A program made the translations under genes and the position numbers. This document shows positions 1 to 8,945 of a DNA stretch of 64,000 bases, piece after piece. Each line of letters starts with the position of its first letter. Within the stretch, counting starts at the first letter, position 1. This DNA comes from Planctomycetota bacterium. Its GTDB lineage: Bacteria; Planctomycetota; UBA8108; SXIK01. The notes beneath the pieces were generated by a model, which was not told the DNA's origin, did not search any database, and was given only the letters and a program-made list of their open reading frames with translations. The stretch lies in NCBI GenBank assembly GCA_965223845.1, contig CBDCXR010000004.1, forward strand, positions 2,784,001-2,848,000, in the 5' to 3' direction.

Positions 1-1265
1 TTCACGCTCATTTTCTCGACCACGGCCTCGACGACGATCGAGCTCGAGCCGAAGCCGTCGCTCTTCAGCGTCGTCGTGATCGAGGCGAGCAGATTGTCGC
101 GCTCGCTCGCGGTGAGGCGGCGCCGACGGACGAGTGCGGCGTAGGCGTCGTTGATCTTCTTGAGACCGAGCTGAATCGCCTCAGGCTGCAAATCTTTGAG
201 CCGGACTCGATAGCCCTTCCTCGCCGTCAGAGCTGCGATGCCTCCCCCCATCACGCCGGCGCCGAGGATCCCGACGCGACGTTCGCCGTTAGCCGCGGCG
301 ACTCCCGATCCACCGCGTCGCACGTCCTCGCTCGTGAGAAAGATCTGAACGAGATTCTTGCTGATCTCTGACGCGATGAGCGGCCCAACGGCCTTCGCCT
401 CCAAAGCGAGTCCGGCCGCCATCGTGAGCGGATAGCCGCCGATCACTGCGTCGAGCGCCGCCGTCGGTGCCGGGTAGTGACCGCCGCTCTTCTGCTCGAT
501 CCCCTTGGCGGCGACGCGCCGGACAATGGCACGCCCAATCGGATTTCCTTCGAGGAGACGCGTCCCAAACGAGCGTGTCGGACGCCGAGGCCGAAACTTG
601 CGCTTTCCACCGCGCTCGATCGCGTGTCGGAGAAACGCGCGAGCCTCGGCGATGAGGAGAGTCGGATACACCGCACGATCGATGAGGCCGAGGCGACCGG
701 CCTTCCGCGTGTCGACCGGCTTTCCCGAGAGAATGAGCGGCAGCGCCGCCTGGATCCCGATGAGCCGCGGGAGGCGCTGCGTTCCCCCGAACCCGGGGAT
801 GATTCCGAGGTTCACTTCGGGGAGACCGATCTTTGTCTTTTCGGAAAGCGATGCGATGCGGAGATCGCACGCCAGCGCGAGCTCCGTGCCGCCGCCGAGA
901 CAGTTTCCGTGGATCGCGGCGAGCGTGATCGCCGGAATCGACGAGAAGAGATCGAGGATTTGCTGCCCGCGACCGGCCTTCGCCTCAGCCTCGGCCGGAT
1001 CCTCGATCGCGCGAATCTCCGCGATGTCCGCGCCCGCGATGAACGTGTCGGAATCCTCTTTTCCGTTCGCCACGATCAGCCCCTTGATCGAGGGGTCGCC
1101 GCCGATCGCCTTGAGGAGAGCCTCGAGATCCTCGAGCACGCTCGCGGTCAACTTGTTGACCTTTTCGCCGGGAAGATCGAACTCGAGGCGAGCGATGCCG
1201 TCGCCTTCGTCCGCCAGCGTCCACGCGCCGGTCTTCGTCTCTGCTGGGATGTCGATCACCGTCAT
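1..1265 (-). CDS. fadJ: Fatty-acid oxidation complex alpha subunit (enoyl-CoA hydratase / 3-hydroxyacyl-CoA dehydrogenase); 3' end runs off the window
   Basis: Not in the ORF track. Manual translation from ATG 1265 (GAGGAA upstream) gives MTVIDIPAETKTGAWTL...DLPGEKVNKL...FIAGADIAEI (crotonase motif) and later VGILGAGVMGGGIA (NAD-binding). Lies downstream of a thiolase. Confidence 0.92.
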   Translation of the reverse strand, partial: MTVIDIPAETKTGAWTLADEGDGIARLEFDLPGEKVNKLTASVLEDLEALLKAIGGDPSIKGLIVANGKEDSDTFIAGADIAEIRAIEDPAEAEAKAGRGQQILDLFSSIPAITLAAIHGNCLGGGTELALACDLRIASLSEKTKIGLPEVNLGIIPGFGGTQRLPRLIGIQAALPLILSGKPVDTRKAGRLGLIDRAVYPTLLIAEARAFLRHAIERGGKRKFRPRRPTRSFGTRLLEGNPIGRAIVRRVAAKGIEQKSGGHYPAPTAALDAVIGGYPLTMAAGLALEAKAVGPLIASEISKNLVQIFLTSEDVRRGGSGVAAANGERRVGILGAGVMGGGIAALTARKGYRVRLKDLQPEAIQLGLKKINDAYAALVRRRRLTASERDNLLASITTTLKSDGFGSSSIVVEAVVEKMSV

Positions 1266-1321
1266 GTGTTCCTCTTCCGCTTCGTGAGCGACTCGTTCGA
1301 GTGCCGTCGTCCGCCGAGAAT

Positions 1322-2665
1322 TCAGTTCCGCTCCACGACGATTGCCGCGCCTTGTCCCCCTCCCACGCAAAGCGTGGCGAGTCCGCGCTCGAGATCGTTC
1401 GCCGCGAGCTCGCGGAGGAGCGTCAATACGAGTCGCGCGCCCGTCGCTCCGACCGGGTGCCCGAGTGCGATCGCGCCGCCGTTTACGTTCAGGCGCTCGC
1501 GGTCGAGCATCCCGATCGGGGCGTCACGTCCGAGTTCCCGGCGCGCGAACTCGCCGGACTCGAACGCGCGCTGATTCGCGATCACCTGAGCAGCGAAGGC
1601 CTCGTTCAGCTCGACTCGCTCGATCGCGTCGAACTCGATTCCAGCGCGGTCGAGAGCGACCGGCGTCGCGAACGCCGGCCCGAGACCCATCCGGTTCGGC
1701 GGGCAACCCGCAAACGCGTAGGAGCGGATGTATCCGAGTGGCTCGACGCCGAGCTCGTCGGCCTTCGCCTCGCTCGCGACGAGGAGAGCGCAGCCGCCAT
1801 CCGTAACCCCACACGCGTTTCCAGGCGTTACCGTACCGTAGCGCCGGTCGAAGTAGGGTCTCAGCTTCTGCAGAGCCTCGACCGATTGGTTCTCTCGCGG
1901 GCCGATGTCGCGCGAGAGGGCGCTGAAATCTCTCGGGGGGTAGATGCTCACGATTTCGTCGTCGAAGAATCCCGAATTCGCCGCGGCAACCGCGCGCCGG
2001 TGACTTTCGAGCGCGAAGGCGTCTTGCTCGTCGCGCGAGACGCCGAACTCACTCGCGAGATTCTCAGCGGTCTCTCCCATATTGAGCCCGCAGTAGCCGT
2101 CGGTGAGACCGACCTCGAGCCCGATCTGCGGCGACAGATCCGAGAAGCGGAAGCTCGTGAGCGCGCCGATTCGCGCGCCCAGCGTTCGCGCCCGCGCGAG
2201 CTTCATGAATTTCCGCTGCGCTTTCTTGCGAAAGAGAAACGGTGCTCCCGACATCGACTCGGTCCCCCCGGCGAGAACGAGCGACGCCCGGCCGAGGCGA
2301 ATTCGATCGCAGGCTTCGGTGAGGGCCTCCATCCCCGAGGCGCAGTTCCGGTGCACCGTGTGCGCGGGCACGGAAATCGGGAGGCCGAGCCGAAGCGCGA
2401 TGACCCGCGCGATGTTCATCGCGTCGGCAGGCTGCGCGACGCAGCCGACGACCACTTCTTCTACGGCGTCCGTCGGCACTCCGAGACGGAGCACCAGTTC
2501 TTCCGCGGGCAGCCGAAAGAGCTCCGCGGCGTGGACATCCTCCAGGCCCGAATGCATCTTCACCCACGGTGTTCGAAGGCCGCCCAATATGGCGATGCGT
2601 TCGCTGCGTTCCGATTCGTTCGAGTGGTCCATAGCCTTCGCTTCCGCGTGGTTCTCGGTACTCAC
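1322..2665 (-). CDS. fadI: Acetyl-CoA C-acyltransferase (thiolase)
   Basis: [28 protein letters not shown] and LCVGGGQG thiolase motifs. Start could be ATG 2632. Confidence 0.93.
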   Translation of the reverse strand: MSTENHAEAKAMDHSNESERSERIAILGGLRTPWVKMHSGLEDVHAAELFRLPAEELVLRLGVPTDAVEEVVVGCVAQPADAMNIARVIALRLGLPISVPAHTVHRNCASGMEALTEACDRIRLGRASLVLAGGTESMSGAPFLFRKKAQRKFMKLARARTLGARIGALTSFRFSDLSPQIGLEVGLTDGYCGLNMGETAENLASEFGVSRDEQDAFALESHRRAVAAANSGFFDDEIVSIYPPRDFSALSRDIGPRENQSVEALQKLRPYFDRRYGTVTPGNACGVTDGGCALLVASEAKADELGVEPLGYIRSYAFAGCPPNRMGLGPAFATPVALDRAGIEFDAIERVELNEAFAAQVIANQRAFESGEFARRELGRDAPIGMLDRERLNVNGGAIALGHPVGATGARLVLTLLRELAANDLERGLATLCVGGGQGAAIVVERN

Positions 2666-2988
2666 GGCGCGCCGAGGCGAGTTTCGGTCTCCCCCGCGAG
2701 TGCGTTCGGTCGTTCGAGCATCATCATCCTACCGTCCCATCGCGCGAGACGAGCGCCCCGAGGGACGTCGTCCCGCCGTCCGGTGCGGACCGCTCCTTCC
2801 GAGTACGTCCGCCGCGACAGTCTCGATTCTGACATCGGACGGCCCCGCGTCCGATCCGCACTCGATTCCGATCGGATCGCCCGGCGGCCGAGAATCCAGC
2901 CGTGGCGCCCAGCCGCCCCGTATTCCTCCCCGCGGTCGCCGAGTAGAATCCGGCCACTCGTTTTCCCGTCCGGTTCGGAGTCCGTTTC

Positions 2989-3495
2989 ATGAATGAAATC
3001 GAGCGCTGTCTCAGCGCGAACGCCCGGTTCGCGGAGTCGTACGCCTACGCCGGGCTCGACGCGAAGCCGTCCCGACGCCTCGCCGTCGTGACCTGCATGG
3101 ATGCCCGCATGCTGAGGCTCGACGAGGCCCTCGGCCTCGAGACCGGCGACGCACATCTCCTGCGGAATGCCGGCGGGCTCGTCACCGATGACGCGCTAAG
3201 ATCGCTCGTCCTCTCGACACAGGTTCTCGGAACGCGCGAGATCATCGTGATCCAGCACACGAAGTGCGGACTCATCGGCCTTCGCGACGACGAGCTGCGA
3301 GCGCGGCTCGAAAGTGAATCCGGGTCGTCTCCAGACGAGCCGGCTCGGTTCCTCGGCTTCGACGATCTGGAAACGAGCGTGCGGGCTCAGCTCGAGCGAG
3401 TTCGCACCCACCCGTGGCTGCCCGGTGACACCGTGGCCCGCGGCTTCATCTACGACGTCGACACGGGTCGACTCGAAGAGGTGAACGCCGGCTGA
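2989..3495 (+). CDS. Small beta-class carbonic anhydrase
   Basis: TCMDAR, RNAGG and HTKCG Zn-ligand motifs; C-terminal GFIYDVDTGRL. Confidence 0.9.
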   Translation: MNEIERCLSANARFAESYAYAGLDAKPSRRLAVVTCMDARMLRLDEALGLETGDAHLLRNAGGLVTDDALRSLVLSTQVLGTREIIVIQHTKCGLIGLRDDELRARLESESGSSPDEPARFLGFDDLETSVRAQLERVRTHPWLPGDTVARGFIYDVDTGRLEEVNAG

Positions 3496-3547
3496 AGAAC
3501 GCCCCGGCGTCCGGCGGTTCGCGCTTCTCCGCTGCGGCGACTGCCGC

Positions 3548-4936
3548 TCACTCGATCCGCACGTAGCGGCCGTAGTGATCCCGCGACAGCTTGCGAAGAA
3601 AGTCCTCCTCCGCGCCGTGGAATCCGAGCGTGAAGATGCGGATCCCGCGGAGGAAGTTCATCTCACGCATGCTGCGGTGAATCTCTCCCATGAGCTGCGG
3701 TGCGTCGGTCGGGAGATCCCGCCCGGACGACCCGACGTGGGTGGGAGCGCCATCCGTTATCAAGTAGACCGTATCGACGGAGAGATCGGCGAACGCGACC
3801 TCGAGCGCCAGGTCGGTGACCGTCACCCCTTCGGGCTTGAGCCCGTCGACGAATCGGATCGCATCCTTTTTCGCCTTCGACCGCGCGGGCGTGAGCGACT
3901 CTTTCCACGAATCCACGCCAGAGCTGTAAGCGACGATGTTGAAGCTGACGTCCTCGGGGAGCGCCCGGATCACGCGCGCGAGCTCCTTCTTCGCTCGCAC
4001 GATGCGCTGCCGATCGGGCGGCGGGCCGGTCGGCTCGCGCTTCCCAGACCTCTTGCCGCCGCGAACGACGGTGCGCGAACCCGGGCGGCGGGGCGCCACG
4101 CCGTCGGGGAGGGTGTCGGTGGTGAGCATGCTTCCCGAGGTGTCGAGGATGAACACGATGTTCTTTCCGGTGACGCTCGCCCCAAAAAGCGTGAGGGCGG
4201 TCTTTCCGCCCTTGTTCGGATCGCGCGGCTCGAAAAGCTCTTGGTCGCTCTCCCGCGCGCTCACGTAGTTCTTGTAGTCCTGGGGGTGAGTGAGCTCGAC
4301 GCGAATGAGGCGTACGAGAGCCGCCTGAAACGAAAACGCGAGACGATCCGCGTCGTCTGCGCGAGTTCCTTTCCCCGACTCGAGCTCGAGGTAACGGTCG
4401 ATGATCGCCTCGACGACGGAGCGTTTCTTCGCCCTCGAGAGATAATCGAGGGAGCGACGAACGACGACCGGCTCGTCGTCGCGAAGAGCTTTGAGCGCGG
4501 TCTCGAGGATATCGAGCTCGCGATGGAACGACGCCGCGTCGAGGAGGAGAAGGCGACTGCGCCAGGATCGGTGCTTCGCGGCGAGCGTTTCCATTTCGAG
4601 CACGGCACGCGGCGCGTCGACGGCGGCAAGGGTCTTTGCGGCGCGGCCGTGGAACGCGTAGAACTGCCGCGGCGAGAGGTCCTCCCCGGCCCGCCGGAGG
4701 AATCGATCGTACGCGTCCAGCACCGCGCGGACCGCAGTGCGATCGTTCCGCCTGAGCGCAGACTTCACCGCGACGAGGAACGCGGGCCGGTCACTCTCGC
4801 GGACGGCGGTCTCGACGTCGCGAAGAGCACTCTTGTACGCCTTCGCGGAAATCCCATCCGCGCTCGCCGGCGCGGGGAGAGAGAGCGCTAGAGCCAGCGC
4901 GAAACCGATTCCGAGTGGTCGACAGCGGCGGGACAT
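3548..4936 (-). CDS. Secreted HEAT-repeat / VWA domain protein
   Basis: Signal peptide (ALALSLPAPASA), helical repeats, MIDAS motif FILDTSGSM and YLITDGAP. Start uncertain (4936-4975). Confidence 0.8.
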   Translation of the reverse strand: MSRRCRPLGIGFALALALSLPAPASADGISAKAYKSALRDVETAVRESDRPAFLVAVKSALRRNDRTAVRAVLDAYDRFLRRAGEDLSPRQFYAFHGRAAKTLAAVDAPRAVLEMETLAAKHRSWRSRLLLLDAASFHRELDILETALKALRDDEPVVVRRSLDYLSRAKKRSVVEAIIDRYLELESGKGTRADDADRLAFSFQAALVRLIRVELTHPQDYKNYVSARESDQELFEPRDPNKGGKTALTLFGASVTGKNIVFILDTSGSMLTTDTLPDGVAPRRPGSRTVVRGGKRSGKREPTGPPPDRQRIVRAKKELARVIRALPEDVSFNIVAYSSGVDSWKESLTPARSKAKKDAIRFVDGLKPEGVTVTDLALEVAFADLSVDTVYLITDGAPTHVGSSGRDLPTDAPQLMGEIHRSMREMNFLRGIRIFTLGFHGAEEDFLRKLSRDHYGRYVRIE

Positions 4937-5013
4937 ATCCGGATTGTCCCATGCCGTCATGACGGCGACAACCACCGCGAGAGACTCGAGGCCGCCAGCG
5001 AATCTCGCGATCT

Positions 5014-5499
5014 TTACCAGCGAGAGGCGCTCGTCCCCTTGATCCGGGCCGGCGTCCGCTCGTCGACGGGAGTTTCACTCGCGAGCTCTCGCGCCCGAGC
5101 GAGGTAGGGCTCCTCACGCTCGAGCACGGCCTCGACGAGCTGATGCGCCCGTGGCCAAGCTTCGAGAGCCGGGAGACGGCGCCGCTTCTCCTCGATCTCG
5201 CTCGCCATGAACCGAATGACGGGACCGAGGAGATACGCCGCGTTCAGGTAGTTGTACTCGGAGAATCGGAGCGGAAACCCGAACGAGGAGGGAACGTGTC
5301 CTTCCTCTTCGAGGACATCGAGGAATGCCGCGCGATTGAGATCGGTCGCGCGGTACCAGTCGATGAAGAAGGAGCGGACCTTGCGGTCGAAGTCGTCACG
5401 GACTTGCACCTCGGCGTTGCCGATCAGGTACCGGATGAAGGAAGTGCTTTCGAGGCCGTAGACCTCTTCGAGAGCGGCGGTGAGTGCGGGGTCGGTCAT
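5014..5499 (-). CDS. Hypothetical helical protein, possibly ferritin-like, coupled to nuoN
   Basis: 161-aa ORF whose ATG overlaps the nuoN TGA (TGATG). Plausible protein composition; the fold is a guess. Confidence 0.65.
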   Translation of the reverse strand: MTDPALTAALEEVYGLESTSFIRYLIGNAEVQVRDDFDRKVRSFFIDWYRATDLNRAAFLDVLEEEGHVPSSFGFPLRFSEYNYLNAAYLLGPVIRFMASEIEEKRRRLPALEAWPRAHQLVEAVLEREEPYLARARELASETPVDERTPARIKGTSASRW

Positions 5500-7106
5500 C
5501 AGAGGAAGAGCTCGACATCGAGGGTCGTCTTCAGAATCGCCTCGGCCCGAAGGAACAGATAAAACGTGAGCGCCACCATGCCGAGCACGACGACACGCCC
5601 GAGAACGGACGTCGCGGGCTTCGGTGGAGCGAGCGACTCGTCGGCGGATTCGAAGTACATGGTCTTAGCGATCGCGAGGTAGTAGTAGGCGGAAATCGCG
5701 GTGTTCACCGCGGCTGCGATCGCGAGCACGTAGAACCTCGTCTCGTGGACGTCGATGACGCTCATGAGCAGGTGGAACTTGCCGACGAATCCCGCTGTCG
5801 GAGGGATGCCGATGAGAGAAAAGAGGAACACGGTGAGCGATGCGGCCAGCCACGGAGCGCTCTTCCCCATGCCGCGAAACGCCGAGACTTCCGACGATCC
5901 GGTGCGATTTTCGAGAATGATCAAAACTGCGAACGCGCCGAAGTTCATCGCCAGGTAGGCGAGAAGATAGAAGCCGATCGTCTGCGCTCCGCTGTACTCG
6001 ACGTCGTAGCCGAGCACGGTGAGCCCCATCATCAGATACCCTGCGTGCGCGATCGATGAGTAGGCGAGGAGACGCTTCAAGTTCGTCTGCCAGAGCGCCG
6101 CCAAGTTGCCAAACGTCATCGTCACGATCGAAAGGACGATGAGGAGCGTCCGCCAATCGAGTTCGGCCCAGATGCTCGCCGCGGCCGAGCCGGGTGTGAG
6201 CTCGCTCGTCGAGCCCGAGAGCGCGTGAAAGAACCGGATCGCGATCGCGAATCCGGCCGCCTTGGAGAGCACCGACAAGAACGCGGTGATCGGCGTCGGC
6301 GCGCCCTCGTAAACGTCGGGCGCCCAAAAGTGCATCGGGATCGTCGACATCTTGTAGGCGAACCCGAGGAAGATGAAGAGGAGCGCGACCGTCGCCGCGA
6401 TGATCGTTCGCAGCTGCATCGCGCCCGTGCTGTACACCGGGTCATCGGGATTCCACGCAATCTCGCCCAGCGAAGCGATGGCACCGGAGCCCGTGAGCCC
6501 GAACCAGAGCGAGAATCCGAAGCCCATGATCGCTGCGGCGACGCTGCCGTAAATGATGTACTTAAGCGCCGCCTCGGAACCACGGCGGTCGGTGCGGAGA
6601 TAACCGACGAGGATGTACGAGCAGATGCTGAGGAGTTCGAGCGAGAGAAACATCATGACGAAGTGCGTCGACGACGCCATGAGCATCCCACCGAAAACCG
6701 AAGCGAGCAGGATGAAGTAGTACTCGCCCATGCGCCTCCCCTCGAGCTGCTTCGAGACGAAGCTGAGGAGGATCACCGGGATGGATCCGAGGAGAAAGAG
6801 GAGCTTGAAGAAGTTCGCGAAGGGATCGATCGCGACCATCCCCAAGAAGAGTTCTCGACTGGCGTCGGCGTTGTACTCGATCGTCGAGAGCGGCATCAGG
6901 CAGGCGCACAGCGCGACCCATGCGAGATGCTTCGACGCGCGGAGCGGAAGGAATAGGTCGAGGAGGAGGACGACCATCGCCGCGATCGCGACCTGAAGCT
7001 CCGCCCCGAAATACTCGAGACTCGAGAGGAGCGCCGGGACGACGTTCTCGCCGAACGCTTCCATGTCGGTCTGGAGGAGGAGCGAAGATAGAAACTGTCC
7101 GAACAT
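5499..7106 (-). CDS. nuoN: NADH-quinone oxidoreductase subunit N
   Basis: EAALKY, YKMSTIPMHFWAPDVYEGAP, KRLLAYSSIAHAG, GIPPTAGFVGKF. Confidence 0.96.
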   Translation of the reverse strand: MFGQFLSSLLLQTDMEAFGENVVPALLSSLEYFGAELQVAIAAMVVLLLDLFLPLRASKHLAWVALCACLMPLSTIEYNADASRELFLGMVAIDPFANFFKLLFLLGSIPVILLSFVSKQLEGRRMGEYYFILLASVFGGMLMASSTHFVMMFLSLELLSICSYILVGYLRTDRRGSEAALKYIIYGSVAAAIMGFGFSLWFGLTGSGAIASLGEIAWNPDDPVYSTGAMQLRTIIAATVALLFIFLGFAYKMSTIPMHFWAPDVYEGAPTPITAFLSVLSKAAGFAIAIRFFHALSGSTSELTPGSAAASIWAELDWRTLLIVLSIVTMTFGNLAALWQTNLKRLLAYSSIAHAGYLMMGLTVLGYDVEYSGAQTIGFYLLAYLAMNFGAFAVLIILENRTGSSEVSAFRGMGKSAPWLAASLTVFLFSLIGIPPTAGFVGKFHLLMSVIDVHETRFYVLAIAAAVNTAISAYYYLAIAKTMYFESADESLAPPKPATSVLGRVVVLGMVALTFYLFLRAEAILKTTLDVELFL

Positions 7107-7121
7107 CGTCGACTCCTAGCC

Positions 7122-8900
7122 TCAGTTCCCGATGACCGCGCGAACCATCGTCGTCATCGCATCGAGGGAACCGTCCATGAATTCGATCAGGATCGACGGG
7201 TAGACGCCGAGCGCGATGCAGAGAAACGCCAGCGGAACGAGAGTGACGACTTCGCGGAACGAGACGTCCGGGAAACGCTTGTAGCTCTCGTCCTTGATCG
7301 TTCCGAGATACACCCGCTGAATCGTCCAGAGGATGTAGACGGCGGTGAGAATGATTCCGAGGAGCGAGACGTAGACGATCCACCGCGCACCGAGCCCGTC
7401 GCTCGAGGTGATGAGTCCGGTGTCGTCCCAGGCTCCGACGAAGCAGAGGACTTCACTGATGAATCCGTTCAGCCCCGGCAGCCCGAGCGACGCGAAGAAC
7501 CCGATGGTCGCGAGGCCGGTGTACCACGGCATCTGAAGTCCTATGCCGCCGAAGCGCGTGAGGTCTCGGTGATGCGCGCGATCGTAGATGATTCCGACGA
7601 TGAGGAACATCATCGCGCTCGAGACTCCGTGGTTGAACATTTGAAGCGCCGCCCCGTTCACGCCGGCCGACGTGAGTGCCGCGAGTCCGAGAAGCACGTA
7701 TCCCATGTGACTGACGGACGAGTACGCGACGAGCTTCTTGAAGTCCTTCTGCGCGAGCGCGCAGAACGCTCCGTAGATGATGTTGATCATCCCGAGGCAA
7801 GCGATCAGCGCTACGAACGCGCGGTGGGTCGCCGCACTCGGAAGCATCGGATACGACAGCCGGAAGAGGCCGTAGCCGCCCATCTTGAGGAGGATTCCGG
7901 CGAGCATCATGCTCACCGCGGTGGGAGCTTGAACGTGCGCATCCGGGAGCCAGGTATGGAACGGGAACACGGGGATCTTGATCGCGAACCCGATAAAGAG
8001 CCCGATGAAGAGGAGCGAGCCGACGACGACGTTCGCCTGTGCGTACACCGGCATGATCTCCATGAGGGTCAGCATGTTGAACGTGTGCGGCTCGGACACG
8101 AAAAACATCACGAGCATGACGAGGAGCATCAACACCGAGCCGACGAGCGTATAGATGAAGAATTTGATGGCCGCGTAGAGTCGATTCTCTCCGCCCCAGA
8201 TTCCGATGAGGAAGTACATCGGAAGGAGCACGACTTCCCAAAAGACGTAGAAGAGGAAGAAGTCGAGTGCGCAGAAAACGCCGATGAGACCCGTCTCGAG
8301 AACGAGGAACAGAAGGAAGTACCCCTTCGTTCCCTTCCCGATCGACCACGAGTAGATGAGGCAGAGCACCGAGAGCAGTGCAGTCAGCCAGATGAGCGGA
8401 AGGCTCAACCCGTCGACGCCGAGAAAGTAGTTCACGTTGAACTTTTCGATCCACGGGACGAATTCGACGAATCCGAGCTGCGCCGTCTGCTCGGCGTCGA
8501 GCGCGTAGGCGAGCTCGGCCGCGCTCTCCCAGGCATCGACCGCAGCCGGGTTCATCGCCCCGCGGGCCTCATCACTTAGCGAGTAGCGCGCGACCGCGTC
8601 CGCATCCGGAGTGAGGTAGGTCGCCTTCCACCGCGCTACACCGTCGAGACCGGAGAACTCCTCGCCCTTAGCGGCGCTCGAGATCACCGAGTCTTGATGC
8701 GCGCTCAGGACCTGCATGCCGTTCAGTGCATCGTCGCCGCCTTGCTGGTAGCCGCGGACGAGCCCCATCGCGATGAGAAACGTCAGCGCGGACCCGATGA
8801 TGGCCACGGTCTTGATCAGCCACTGCCAGCTCGCGGGGATCAGAAGGATCACCGCCGCGGTGAGGAGCGGGAGAAAGATACACCAAGTGAGGGTAATCAT
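7122..8900 (-). CDS. nuoM: NADH-quinone oxidoreductase subunit M with N-proximal insertion
   Basis: LGVDGLS, FYVFWE, AIKIPVFPFHTWLPDAH, LLKMGGYG, LGLPGLNGFISE. Confidence 0.96.
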   Translation of the reverse strand: MITLTWCIFLPLLTAAVILLIPASWQWLIKTVAIIGSALTFLIAMGLVRGYQQGGDDALNGMQVLSAHQDSVISSAAKGEEFSGLDGVARWKATYLTPDADAVARYSLSDEARGAMNPAAVDAWESAAELAYALDAEQTAQLGFVEFVPWIEKFNVNYFLGVDGLSLPLIWLTALLSVLCLIYSWSIGKGTKGYFLLFLVLETGLIGVFCALDFFLFYVFWEVVLLPMYFLIGIWGGENRLYAAIKFFIYTLVGSVLMLLVMLVMFFVSEPHTFNMLTLMEIMPVYAQANVVVGSLLFIGLFIGFAIKIPVFPFHTWLPDAHVQAPTAVSMMLAGILLKMGGYGLFRLSYPMLPSAATHRAFVALIACLGMINIIYGAFCALAQKDFKKLVAYSSVSHMGYVLLGLAALTSAGVNGAALQMFNHGVSSAMMFLIVGIIYDRAHHRDLTRFGGIGLQMPWYTGLATIGFFASLGLPGLNGFISEVLCFVGAWDDTGLITSSDGLGARWIVYVSLLGIILTAVYILWTIQRVYLGTIKDESYKRFPDVSFREVVTLVPLAFLCIALGVYPSILIEFMDGSLDAMTTMVRAVIGN

Positions 8901-8945
8901 GTGCTTAGCTCGGTTCTCTCGTCGATCAGGACACCGAGTCCAACA

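Noticed and set aside
2662-2835. Small ORF overlapping the thiolase start
   Set aside because: No motif or clear RBS; it lies in the divergent promoter region.
2989-3495. Carbonic anhydrase as part of a complex I-coupled CO2 uptake system
   Set aside because: It is a small soluble beta-CA on the opposite strand, with no resemblance to DabA or CupA/B.
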